Assembly: GCA_024405615.1 (NCBI GenBank)
Contig: JAKSOK010000001.1
Coordinates: forward strand, 1 to 48,383
DNA length: 48,383 bases
Origin: Phascolarctobacterium sp.
Lineage (GTDB): Bacteria; Bacillota; Negativicutes; Acidaminococcales; Acidaminococcaceae
Reading direction: 5' to 3'
Made by a program: the position numbers and the translations under genes. This document shows, piece after piece, positions 30,601 through 40,095 of this stretch (positions are counted from its first letter, which is position 1; every line of letters starts with the position of its first letter). The notes below the pieces were generated by a model. It worked only from the letters and a program-made list of their open reading frames with translations, was not told where the DNA came from and made no database searches.

Positions 30601-31710
30601 TTAATACTGTACGTATTGATTAGGCTCGATTACAGAACCATCTTCAAAAGCGATGTAGGTAACTGTAATATTGCATTCTAAATCTTGATCTTTTTTAGCA
30701 GCTAAGGCTCTATCATCAGGCAATTGTTGGTTTAAACGCTTGATAGCAACAACTTCTTTAGCTGTGTTAGGTGCTAAAGAACCATCGTAGTGTTCAGGAT
30801 AAGAATAAATAGGCTTTTTATCCTTGTCGAGAATTTCTACGTCATAATAGGCTCTTAAAATAGTAGTGTTAGAAATGTTTTTAAAAAGAATTTTACTGGT
30901 TAAGCAGGGCTCTAGCTTATCCTCATCAACAACATTGGCTGCAAGAGTAGGTACTGTTGTACCAGCAGCGTTACTTTCGTTAACTACTTTTTCTGCAAGC
31001 TCACTTGCTTTAACCATGGTAACAGTAAGCTTTTTATCATTAACAGATAAATGTTGTTTGAGACGATTCAGAACCTGTTGGTTTTCACTGGCACGCTTAG
31101 CTTTTTCTGCTGCATCAAATTGCATGACGATAGCAGCTAAGTTGGAGATTTCTTTAACCTGCCATTTTCCGTCTTTGTTTTTCAACATAGCCAGATTAAA
31201 GGCAAAATCCTTTTGCAGTTTAGTATTGGTTACGAAAACATTAAGGGTTGCTTTTTCAGCATTTTCTTGCTCAAGCTTAAGTCCTTTATAGGTTAGCTTA
31301 TCTAATTGAGCTTTACGAATCATGTTTAAACGCATAGCATCGGATACAGGTTCCGGTGCTTTCTTATCCTTTTTTGCTAGAGAAGGATCGATGCTTTCTA
31401 AAGCCTGTTGCTTCATTAGATTAACAACTGCAGGCTTGATCATGTGAATAACACCTAAAGCGAAGGGGTTGTTCATGATGCTGTCGTTTTGAATTTTACT
31501 TTCTGCTAAAAGCAAATCTTCAAAAGCTTTATCTAAAACGGTATCCACATCAACATATTGTTGAAATTTAACAGCATCACGTTGCTCAACAGCACTGCGA
31601 ATCTCATTAACAGCATAACTAGGTGTTTTAATGAAATATAAAAAATAGAAGGCTACTCCAAGTAAAATTAGGACTACGGGAGCAGCAAGTATTTTTTTAC
31701 TATGTGACAT
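30601..31710 (-). CDS. Membrane-anchored hypothetical protein (DUF2939-like N-terminus)
   Basis: ATG 31710 after GAGG; TM anchor then TPSYAVNEIRSAVEQRDAVKFQQYVD. Confidence 0.7.
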   Translation of the reverse strand: MSHSKKILAAPVVLILLGVAFYFLYFIKTPSYAVNEIRSAVEQRDAVKFQQYVDVDTVLDKAFEDLLLAESKIQNDSIMNNPFALGVIHMIKPAVVNLMKQQALESIDPSLAKKDKKAPEPVSDAMRLNMIRKAQLDKLTYKGLKLEQENAEKATLNVFVTNTKLQKDFAFNLAMLKNKDGKWQVKEISNLAAIVMQFDAAEKAKRASENQQVLNRLKQHLSVNDKKLTVTMVKASELAEKVVNESNAAGTTVPTLAANVVDEDKLEPCLTSKILFKNISNTTILRAYYDVEILDKDKKPIYSYPEHYDGSLAPNTAKEVVAIKRLNQQLPDDRALAAKKDQDLECNITVTYIAFEDGSVIEPNQYVQY

Positions 31711-31986
31711 ATTTTTCTTCCTCATTTTAGAATTGTTGCTTGTTAAAGCATTATGAGACATTTTAGCCTTTTTTTACAGTTTTTGCAAGTAGTATCGCTA
31801 TTAAATTTAAGAAATCGGTACAGATTTTTCATAGGGGATAATTATTCTTGAGATTAGATTATTTTGCTCTAAGTATACAGTAATTTTTATAGCTAAATAA
31901 TTTGCCTTGTGCTATAATATATACTAATAAAGTATGTTCAATATTATGGATAACTGTGTCCTTTACTGGAAGTTAGGAGAAAATAC

Positions 31987-33678
31987 ATGGATACTAAATT
32001 AATGAATGAATATAATCGTTGGCTGGAAATGGCTACTGCTGATGAAGATTTAGTGCCAGAGTTACAGGCCATGGCTGATAATGAAGCAGAAATAGAAGAT
32101 GCTTTCTATCGTGAATTAGAATTTGGTACCGCTGGTTTACGTGGCGTAATTGGTGCTGGTACTAATCGCATGAATGTTTATGTAGTTGCAAAAGCAACTC
32201 AGGGCGTAGCTAATTATATTTGCCAACGCTTTGCTCCTGAAGCTCGTCGCGTGGCAATTAGTTATGATTCTCGTATAAAGTCTGATTTGTTTAGTAAGGT
32301 AGCAGCGGGAGTTTTAGCTGCTAATGGTATTAAAGTTTTTATATATCCAGAACTAATGCCTGTACCCTGTGAATCCTACGCTACAAGACGTTTGCAATGT
32401 GCTGTTGGTATTATGATTACCGCATCTCATAACCCTTCTAAGTACAATGGTTATAAGGTTTATGGTGCAGATGGCTGTCAAATTACCTCTGAGGCTGCTA
32501 ATGCAGTTTTAGCAGAAATTGAAAAATTAGATATTTTTGCTGATGTTAAGAGTATTAGCTTTGAAGAGGGCTTAGCTCAAGGTCAAATTGAATATATTTC
32601 TGAAGATATATTTACAGAGTTTGTTGAAAAGGTTAAGGCCGAGTCCGTATTAGGCAAGGAAGCAATAGATAGAAATGTTGCTATCGTTTATACTCCTTTG
32701 CATGGTGCAGGGCTTAAACCTGTGACCCGTGTTTTAAAAGAAACAGGCTTTACTAATATAACCATCGTTAAGGAGCAGGAAGAACCTGATGGCAATTTTA
32801 CCACATGTCCTTATCCTAATCCGGAAATTCATGAAGCTATGGAAGTTGGCATTGAATATGCCAAAAAATATGATGCAGATTTACTGCTAGCTACCGATCC
32901 GGATTCTGACCGTGTAGGTATTGCTGTAAAAAACGCTCAAGGCGAGCATGTACTTCTAACTGGTAACCAGGTGGGAGTTCTGCTTCTTGATTACATCTGT
33001 GCATTAAGAACTATTAATGGTACCATGCCTCAGGATCCTGTAATGATTAAGACCATTGTTACTACTGATATGGCTCAACAGGTTGCTGACCATTACGGAG
33101 TGCGTACTATTAATGTTTTAACCGGCTTCAAATATATTGGGGAACAAATTGCTGCCTTAGAAGCTCAAGGCAAAGAATCTAGCTATCTTATGGGCTATGA
33201 AGAAAGCTATGGCTATTTAACGGGCACCTATGTACGTGATAAGGATGCCGTAGATGCTTCCTTCATGATTTGCGAAATGTTCGCTTATTATAAGACTAGA
33301 GGCATTAGCCTGTTAGAAAAACTGGAAGAGTTGTATAAGACCTATGGTTATTGTCTCAACACGCTTTATTCCTATGAATTTGCAGGTGCAGCAGGCTTCT
33401 CTAAAATGAAGGATTTAATGGAATTTTTCCGTCGTGGATTGCCTGAAATTGGTGGTAAGAAGGTTGTGGAATTCCTTGATTATAGCAAAGGTGTGGATGG
33501 CTTACCTAAGGCTGATGTTTTGAAGTTTGTATTAGAGGATAATTGTTCTGTTATCGTGCGTCCATCCGGTACTGAGCCGAAGCTGAAGACATATTTGACT
33601 GTAAGTGCTGCTAACAAAGAGCTTGCTCAAGAGCTGGAGCAAAAGATTGATGTAGCTTTAAAGAAATATATTAAATAA
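31987..33678 (+). CDS. pgm: Phosphoglucomutase/phospho-sugar mutase (PgcA-like)
   Basis: FGTAGLRG, ITASHNP, ATDPDSDR, GYEESYGY, RPSGTEPKLK. Confidence 0.92.
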   Translation: MDTKLMNEYNRWLEMATADEDLVPELQAMADNEAEIEDAFYRELEFGTAGLRGVIGAGTNRMNVYVVAKATQGVANYICQRFAPEARRVAISYDSRIKSDLFSKVAAGVLAANGIKVFIYPELMPVPCESYATRRLQCAVGIMITASHNPSKYNGYKVYGADGCQITSEAANAVLAEIEKLDIFADVKSISFEEGLAQGQIEYISEDIFTEFVEKVKAESVLGKEAIDRNVAIVYTPLHGAGLKPVTRVLKETGFTNITIVKEQEEPDGNFTTCPYPNPEIHEAMEVGIEYAKKYDADLLLATDPDSDRVGIAVKNAQGEHVLLTGNQVGVLLLDYICALRTINGTMPQDPVMIKTIVTTDMAQQVADHYGVRTINVLTGFKYIGEQIAALEAQGKESSYLMGYEESYGYLTGTYVRDKDAVDASFMICEMFAYYKTRGISLLEKLEELYKTYGYCLNTLYSYEFAGAAGFSKMKDLMEFFRRGLPEIGGKKVVEFLDYSKGVDGLPKADVLKFVLEDNCSVIVRPSGTEPKLKTYLTVSAANKELAQELEQKIDVALKKYIK

Positions 33679-33740
33679 TTGAAATTACACCCCTTAGATA
33701 TAGAAAATCTGTTCTAAACTAAAATTATGGAGGTAGAACT

Positions 33741-35579
33741 ATGTGTGGTATTGTAGGCTTTAATGGTAAATTACAGGCTGCGCCTATTTTAATAGATGGC
33801 CTGTCCAAGCTGGAGTATCGTGGTTACGATTCTGCAGGTATGGCTGTTCGTGATGATAATAATGAAGTAAAAGTAGTTAAGGCGAAAGGCCGTTTAAAGG
33901 TTTTAGCAGAAAAAACTGATGGCGGCAGGGCTTTGCCTGGTACCTGCGGTATTGGACATACTCGTTGGGCGACTCATGGCGAACCTTCTGAAAATAATGC
34001 TCATCCTCATTGCAGTGATGATGGTAATGTAACTGCAGTACATAACGGTATCTTTGAAAATTACCAAGAGATTAAAGAAAAGTTGCAAAAGCAAGGCTAC
34101 ACTTTCTATTCTCAAACTGATACGGAATGTGCGGTAAAGCTGATTGACTACTATTATAAGAAATATAAAATGGGTCCTATTGATGCTATTGCTAAGACTA
34201 TGGTTCGTGTACGTGGTTCCTATGCTTTATGCGTAATGTTCAAGGATTATCCTGGTGAAATTTTTGTTGCTCGTAAAGAAAGTCCCATGATTATTGGTAT
34301 TAGTGATGGCGATAGCTATGTTGCTAGTGACGTACCCGCAATCTTAAAATATACCAATAAGGTTTACTATATCGGCAATATGGAAATGGCTCGTTTAGGT
34401 AAGGGCGAAGTAACCTTCTACAATGTAGATGCTGAACCTATTGAAAAAGAGCTGGTTACCATTGAATGGGATGCAGAAGCTGCAGAAAAAGGTGGCTATG
34501 AGCATTTCATGATGAAGGAAATTCATGAACAACCCAAAGCTGTTAAGGATACTATTAATTCTGTAGTAAAGGATAATAAGATCACCCTAGAGAAACTTGG
34601 CTTGTCCGATGAAGATATAAAGAAAATCAACCAAATTACCATTGTTGCTTGTGGCTCTGCTTACCATGTTGGCGTTGTAGCTCAATATGTATTTGAAGAT
34701 TTGGCTAAAGTTCCTGTGCGCGTTGAACTGGCGTCTGAATTCCGTTATCGTAACCCTTTGCTAGATCCTAATACCTTGGTTGTTGTTATTTCTCAATCCG
34801 GTGAAACTGCAGACAGTTTAGCTGCTCTGCGCGAAGCTAAAGCACGTGGTAACAGAACTTTGGCTATTGTTAACGTAGTTGGTAGCTCCATTGCTCGTGA
34901 TGCAGATAATGTTTTCTATACCTTAGCAGGTCCGGAAATTGCTGTTGCTACTACCAAAGCCTATAGCACCCAATTGATTGCTTGCTACATTTTGGCAATT
35001 AAGTTCGGCCTGGTACGTGGCTGCTTAACAGAAGCACAAGCTGAAGAATTGCTTAATGAATTACAGACTATTCCAGAAAAGATTGAAAAGATTTTAACTG
35101 ACAAAGAGCGTATCCAATGGTTTGCTGCTAAATTTGCAGCAGCAAAAGACGTCTTCTTCATTGGTCGTGGTATAGACTATGCAGTTTGCCTAGAGGGTAG
35201 CTTAAAGATGAAGGAAATCAGCTATATTCACTCTGAAGCTTATGCTGCTGGTGAATTGAAGCATGGTACCATTAGCTTAATCGAGGATGGTACCCTGGTA
35301 ATTAGCGTTCTGACACAAAGCGGTCTCTATGAAAAGACTGTAAGCAACATGGTTGAGGTTAAGAGCCGCGGTGCTTATCTTATGGGCTTAACCACCTATG
35401 GCCATTATCAAATTGAGGATACCTCTGAGTTTACTGTTTATATTCCTAAAACAGACGAGCATTTTACTGCTAGCTTGTCCGTAATTCCTCTGCAGCTTAT
35501 GGGCTACTACATTTCCGTAGCAAGAGGTTTGGACGTAGATAAGCCGCGTAACTTAGCAAAATCTGTAACAGTAGAATAA
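33741..35579 (+). CDS. glmS: Glutamine--fructose-6-phosphate aminotransferase
   Basis: MCGIVG, LEYRGYDSAG, HTRWATHG, SQSGETAD, PRNLAKSVTVE. Confidence 0.98.
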   Translation: MCGIVGFNGKLQAAPILIDGLSKLEYRGYDSAGMAVRDDNNEVKVVKAKGRLKVLAEKTDGGRALPGTCGIGHTRWATHGEPSENNAHPHCSDDGNVTAVHNGIFENYQEIKEKLQKQGYTFYSQTDTECAVKLIDYYYKKYKMGPIDAIAKTMVRVRGSYALCVMFKDYPGEIFVARKESPMIIGISDGDSYVASDVPAILKYTNKVYYIGNMEMARLGKGEVTFYNVDAEPIEKELVTIEWDAEAAEKGGYEHFMMKEIHEQPKAVKDTINSVVKDNKITLEKLGLSDEDIKKINQITIVACGSAYHVGVVAQYVFEDLAKVPVRVELASEFRYRNPLLDPNTLVVVISQSGETADSLAALREAKARGNRTLAIVNVVGSSIARDADNVFYTLAGPEIAVATTKAYSTQLIACYILAIKFGLVRGCLTEAQAEELLNELQTIPEKIEKILTDKERIQWFAAKFAAAKDVFFIGRGIDYAVCLEGSLKMKEISYIHSEAYAAGELKHGTISLIEDGTLVISVLTQSGLYEKTVSNMVEVKSRGAYLMGLTTYGHYQIEDTSEFTVYIPKTDEHFTASLSVIPLQLMGYYISVARGLDVDKPRNLAKSVTVE

Positions 35580-35728
35580 CAAATACTACTTTAAATGCAT
35601 CCAGTGTGGACAATACATAGCCGACTTGTTCGATATGCTAAGAACTTTGCTAGCATTGGGTTAGCTTGTTTTTCTATACTAGGATCATTTACAGCGAGCT
35701 TAAAATTTGATGAATTGAGGTACAGCTT

Positions 35729-36748
35729 ATGAAAATTTTGTTAGCTGGTGGTGCTGGCTACATTGGCTCTCATACAGCGGTCGCTCTACTTGAAGCTGGG
35801 CACGAGGTTGTTGTAGTAGATAACTATTGCAATAGTTGTGCTGAGTCTATAAAAAGAGTAGAGGAGCTGACTGGCAAGAGTGTAGTTAGCTATGAAGCTG
35901 ATGTTAAAGATAAGGCTAAAATGCTGGAAATTTTCCAAGCGAATAGCATTGATTGCGTAATTCATTTTGCAGGTCTTAAGGCTGTAGGTGAATCTGTGCA
36001 AAAGCCTATCCTTTACTATAGAAATAATATTGATACAACTCTGACTTTGCTGGAATGTATGGCAGAGACTGGTGTTCATAATTTCGTTTTCTCTTCCTCA
36101 GCAACCGTTTATGGAGATAGTTCCAATAATCCCCCTTATGAGGAAAGCATGGAAAGAGGTAAATGTTCTAATCCTTATGGTTGGACAAAATCCATGATGG
36201 AGCAAATTCTTCAGGATGCAGCTGTAGCTAATAAAGAGCTGTCCGTAGTATTGCTGCGTTATTTCAATCCTATTGGTGCTCATCCTTCCGGACGCATTGG
36301 TGAAGACCCTCAAGGTATTCCTAATAATTTGATGCCTTATATTGCTCAGGTTGCCGTAGGCAGAAGAGATAAACTAACTATCTTCGGTGATGATTATCCA
36401 ACTCCGGATGGAACCTGTCGTCGCGATTATATCCATGTAATGGATTTGGCTGCTGGTCATTTACAGGCAGTTGAATTTGCTGTTCAAAATAAAGGGACAG
36501 AGATTTTCAATTTAGGTACAGGTACTCCCTATAGTGTTTTAGAAATTGTGCGTGCTTTTGAAAACAGCAATGGTATTAAGGTACCCTTTGAATTTGGACC
36601 TCGTCGTGCTGGCGATTTACCAGCTTTTTGGGCGGATGCTTCTAAGGCAAGAGAGGTTTTAGGTTGGCGCACTACATATACTTTAGAGGATATGTGCAAG
36701 GATACCTGGAACTGGCAAAAAAACAACCCACAGGGCTATAGAAAATAA
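35729..36748 (+). CDS. galE: UDP-glucose 4-epimerase
   Basis: GGAGYIGSH, HFAGLKAVGES, FSSSATVYG, YGWTK, LRYFNP, PNNLMP. Confidence 0.97.
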   Translation: MKILLAGGAGYIGSHTAVALLEAGHEVVVVDNYCNSCAESIKRVEELTGKSVVSYEADVKDKAKMLEIFQANSIDCVIHFAGLKAVGESVQKPILYYRNNIDTTLTLLECMAETGVHNFVFSSSATVYGDSSNNPPYEESMERGKCSNPYGWTKSMMEQILQDAAVANKELSVVLLRYFNPIGAHPSGRIGEDPQGIPNNLMPYIAQVAVGRRDKLTIFGDDYPTPDGTCRRDYIHVMDLAAGHLQAVEFAVQNKGTEIFNLGTGTPYSVLEIVRAFENSNGIKVPFEFGPRRAGDLPAFWADASKAREVLGWRTTYTLEDMCKDTWNWQKNNPQGYRK

Positions 36749-36759
36749 AGGAGATAAGC

Positions 36760-37863
36760 ATGTTTAAGAAATTGGAAGGCGTGGATTTAGTTCCTGAATA
36801 TAAGCACGAAAAGGCTAATCTTTATGCTTTAGATGCGCCGAACCTGCTGAATAAGTATTATGTGGTTACTAGCGCTAGCACTAGAAGACTTTTAAATTCT
36901 CCAGAGGTAGTTGGCTTTGAAAACTACGATTGCATGGTTAATCCTACTAAGGTTGTTCTAGATTATTTTAATAAGCAAGGCCTTATTGAACAGGCTAACA
37001 TCTTGACTATTTTAAGAGGTGGTTTGAATTATCCTTTGGAGGAAAGCTGCTTCCGTGTTGGTATTCCTGTTAATGATATGAGCTTTTTATCCTGTGAGCG
37101 TGTTTTTGAAGGTGAACTTATTACCGGCTTGGATATCAAATATAAAAAGTTAAGCATTATCAATAAAGGAACCCTGATTATTGGTGATATTATTGCTACG
37201 GGTGATACTTTGGTAAAATGCTTGAAATATGTAGTTAAGGAGTATCGTTCTCAAGGTGCTGCTTTAAGAAATATTGTTTTCTTTACTGTCGGCGGCAACA
37301 TGGGCATTACGGTTTTAGAAAACCTGACAGAAGAGCTGCGAGAATATTGGCCTGAATTCGAGGGCTTCTATTGTGTATATCATGAAGGTATTTTCAGCAC
37401 TTATAAAGAAAAAGGCGTTACAGGCGTAAACCTGCCCTTTGTAGATTTTTATTGGAAGGATGGCGTACTTGCTCCCGAGTATCGTGAACGTACTTTGAGT
37501 GATGACGACGCTCTCTTTGAAAAGTGCACTATTTATGATGGTGGTGCTCGCCGTTACGAAATTCCTGAACATTATAAAGAAGTTTTAGAGTATTGGGAAG
37601 GCCTAGATGCTATTGCTGACCAGGTTGATTTTGCAGCCTTTACTGATGAGAAATTTGGCTATCCTGCTCCTAATAGCTATGAAGAATGGTTAGAAAATAC
37701 TCACTATAAACGTTTGGACGAACTGCAAACTATGGCTCTTTATGAACAGGAGCTAGCTTATAGGGAAAACAATAAAAAGCGTACCCTAAAAGAAATTACT
37801 ACTAGGCGTATTGCTGAATTTAAGGCTGCTGTTGGTCCGTTCGTTAGCGAAAACGATAAATAA
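36760..37863 (+). CDS. Uncharacterised UPRT-like type I phosphoribosyltransferase
   Basis: ILTILRGG (cf. UPRT ILRAG), PRPP-loop-like LIIGDIIATGDT, YDGGARRY (cf. GDAGDR); AAGGAG RBS. Confidence 0.65.
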   Translation: MFKKLEGVDLVPEYKHEKANLYALDAPNLLNKYYVVTSASTRRLLNSPEVVGFENYDCMVNPTKVVLDYFNKQGLIEQANILTILRGGLNYPLEESCFRVGIPVNDMSFLSCERVFEGELITGLDIKYKKLSIINKGTLIIGDIIATGDTLVKCLKYVVKEYRSQGAALRNIVFFTVGGNMGITVLENLTEELREYWPEFEGFYCVYHEGIFSTYKEKGVTGVNLPFVDFYWKDGVLAPEYRERTLSDDDALFEKCTIYDGGARRYEIPEHYKEVLEYWEGLDAIADQVDFAAFTDEKFGYPAPNSYEEWLENTHYKRLDELQTMALYEQELAYRENNKKRTLKEITTRRIAEFKAAVGPFVSENDK

Positions 37864-37967
37864 TCAGTGCTATGCTGTTGTCAGCAATAGCTGACATTTA
37901 CTATAAGGTAGTAGGGAAGGGCATAGTCCTATGCTACCACAAAATTAAAAATGAGAGGGGTTTTAAC

Positions 37968-39209
37968 ATGAGTGCAAAGGAAAATCAAGTAGTCGATCAC
38001 GATTATGCTGCTAGTGCGGTACCTCAAAGTGCCCGTAGCGGTTTCATGACAATGTTTATGATTATGCTGGGCTTCACCTTCTTCTCCGCAAGTATGTGGA
38101 CTGGGCAACAACTGGCCAAAGGCTTGGATATGGGTGGTTTTATCAGTGCTTTAGTTATCGGTGGTATTATTCTTGGCGCTTATACTGGTGCTTTAGGCTA
38201 TATTGGTGCAGAAAGCGGTTTGTCTCTTGACCTGTTGGCGCAACGTGCTTTCGGTACAAAGGGCAGTTATCTTCCAAGTGCCATGATAAGCTTTACTCAA
38301 GCTGGCTGGTTCGGCGTAGGCTTGGCTATGTTTGCAATTCCTGTTGCGAAAACCCTTTTAGGCGGTAGCGAAATGGCCATCTATGCTTTAGTTGTTTTAG
38401 CAGGTGTCTGCATGACCGGTACCGCATATTTCGGTATTAAATCCTTAACCTGGATTAGTTACATTGCAGTTCCCTGTGTTGCAATTCTTGGTTCCATTGC
38501 TATGATTATGGCAATTAACCAAGGTGGTGGCACTTTGGCTTCCCAATTTGCTAAGGAAAGCGGTAGCTTAACTGCTTTGACTGGCGCAGGCCTTGTAGTA
38601 GGTTCTTTCGTATCCGGTGGTACTGCAACTCCCAACTTTACTCGTTTTGCTAAAGATGGCGCTTCCGGTTTAATTACCACTGTGGTTGCTTTCTTTATTG
38701 GCAACAGCCTGATGTTCTGCTTTGGTGCTATTTCCTACATCTATGTAGGTGGTAATGATATTTTTGAAGTTATGACCAATTTAGGCTTGTTCTGGATGGC
38801 AGTTTTAGTATTAGGCCTGAATATTTGGACCACTAACGATAATGCACTGTATTCCACTGGCTTAGGTTTAGCTAACATTACTGGCTTTGGTAAGAAACCC
38901 ATGGTTCTTTTCTCCGGTGCTTTAGGTACTGTTTTAGCAGTATGGATGTACAATAACTTCTGCGGTTTCTTAAGCATGCTGAATGCAACTTTACCTCCAG
39001 TAGGTATCATTCTGGTATTAGGTTATATGATGCATAAAGAGGATTATGCGATTGGTGCATCTCCGAAATTGGCAACTGTTAACTGGGGTGCCGTAGTTGG
39101 TGTAATTGCTGGTGCTGTTTTTGCTAATACTGTACAATTTGGTGTTGCCTCTATTAATGCCATGGTAATTGCAGCTATTTGCTATATTATTGGCGATAAA
39201 CTTAAATAA
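37968..39209 (+). CDS. codB: Cytosine permease-like NCS1 transporter
   Basis: DHDYAASAVP, GFTFFSASMWTG, GWFGVG, VGSFVSGG, NIWTTNDNALY as in CodB; ATG 37968. Confidence 0.88.
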   Translation: MSAKENQVVDHDYAASAVPQSARSGFMTMFMIMLGFTFFSASMWTGQQLAKGLDMGGFISALVIGGIILGAYTGALGYIGAESGLSLDLLAQRAFGTKGSYLPSAMISFTQAGWFGVGLAMFAIPVAKTLLGGSEMAIYALVVLAGVCMTGTAYFGIKSLTWISYIAVPCVAILGSIAMIMAINQGGGTLASQFAKESGSLTALTGAGLVVGSFVSGGTATPNFTRFAKDGASGLITTVVAFFIGNSLMFCFGAISYIYVGGNDIFEVMTNLGLFWMAVLVLGLNIWTTNDNALYSTGLGLANITGFGKKPMVLFSGALGTVLAVWMYNNFCGFLSMLNATLPPVGIILVLGYMMHKEDYAIGASPKLATVNWGAVVGVIAGAVFANTVQFGVASINAMVIAAICYIIGDKLK

Positions 39210-39258
39210 AACTATAGCATTTCTGTTAATTATGTGCTAAAATTTTAATATGCAATGG

Positions 39259-39285
39259 AGCGTGTCCGCGAGACACGCTCTTTTT
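39259..39285 (+). terminator. Terminator after codB
   Basis: GAGCGTGTC-CGCGA-GACACGCTC-TTTTT. Confidence 0.88.
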
Positions 39286-39435
39286 ATATAATTTTTAAAA
39301 TAATTATGACCAAAGACTAGCAATTTACCTCTAAACAGTATATACTATATGTGGTGTTTTTTTAAATTTGGTAATATTGTGAGTAAATGGTGTAAACAAT
39401 AACATTGTAATTGTTTTTATTTTACATGAGAGGAA

Positions 39436-40095
39436 GTGGGTATCATAGCTTTAAGTTCTAGACAAAAACGTATTGCCGAGATAGTTCGTTTAGAAGGACC
39501 TATTACAGGCGAAAGCATTGCAGAACATCTTCATGTAACTAGAGCAGCATTGCGTAGCGATTTAGCTATTCTCGTCATGGGTGGTATTTTAGATGCTCGT
39601 CCTAAGGTTGGCTATTTTTATACAGGGAAGAATACCCTAGGCATGCTGATGGAAGAAATTAGCGGAATCAAGGTTGCTGATCTTCAATCTGTGCCTGTAG
39701 CCATAGCTTCTAGTAAAACTGCCTATGAAGCAGTGGTAACCATGTTTTTAGAAGATGTAGGTTCTGTCATGGTAATTGACGATAAGGGACTTCTGGCAGG
39801 TGTAGTTTCCCGTAAGGATTTACTAAAGGCTGCTATCAATAATAATGATTTGCGCACTATTCCTGTAGTGATGGTTATGACCCCATTATCTAAAATGATT
39901 GTTATTGAAGCGAACGACTCTGTAGCAGCAGCAGCTCGTAAGCTTATTGACAATGAAATTGACTGCTTGCCCGTAGTTAAAGCTGTAGATGATGGTAAGC
40001 GTAGTTTTGAATTGATTGGTCGTCTGACTAAAACAAATTGTACGAGATTATTAGTTGATCTTGCAGAGGGTAAGGGAGGTAATTATCATAAATAA
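39436..40095 (+). CDS. ccpN: CcpN-like HTH-CBS transcriptional regulator
   Basis: RQ..I..IV..GPITGE.IA..L..TRA.LR.DLAIL.M.G..DARPKVGYFY plus two CBS domains; exact start uncertain. Confidence 0.88.
   Translation: MGIIALSSRQKRIAEIVRLEGPITGESIAEHLHVTRAALRSDLAILVMGGILDARPKVGYFYTGKNTLGMLMEEISGIKVADLQSVPVAIASSKTAYEAVVTMFLEDVGSVMVIDDKGLLAGVVSRKDLLKAAINNNDLRTIPVVMVMTPLSKMIVIEANDSVAAAARKLIDNEIDCLPVVKAVDDGKRSFELIGRLTKTNCTRLLVDLAEGKGGNYHK

Noticed and set aside
35592-35691. SRP (ffs), 6S RNA or glmS ribozyme identity for the long hairpin
   Set aside because: Lacks the SRP domain IV GGAA loop motif, is too short for 6S, and lies downstream rather than upstream of glmS
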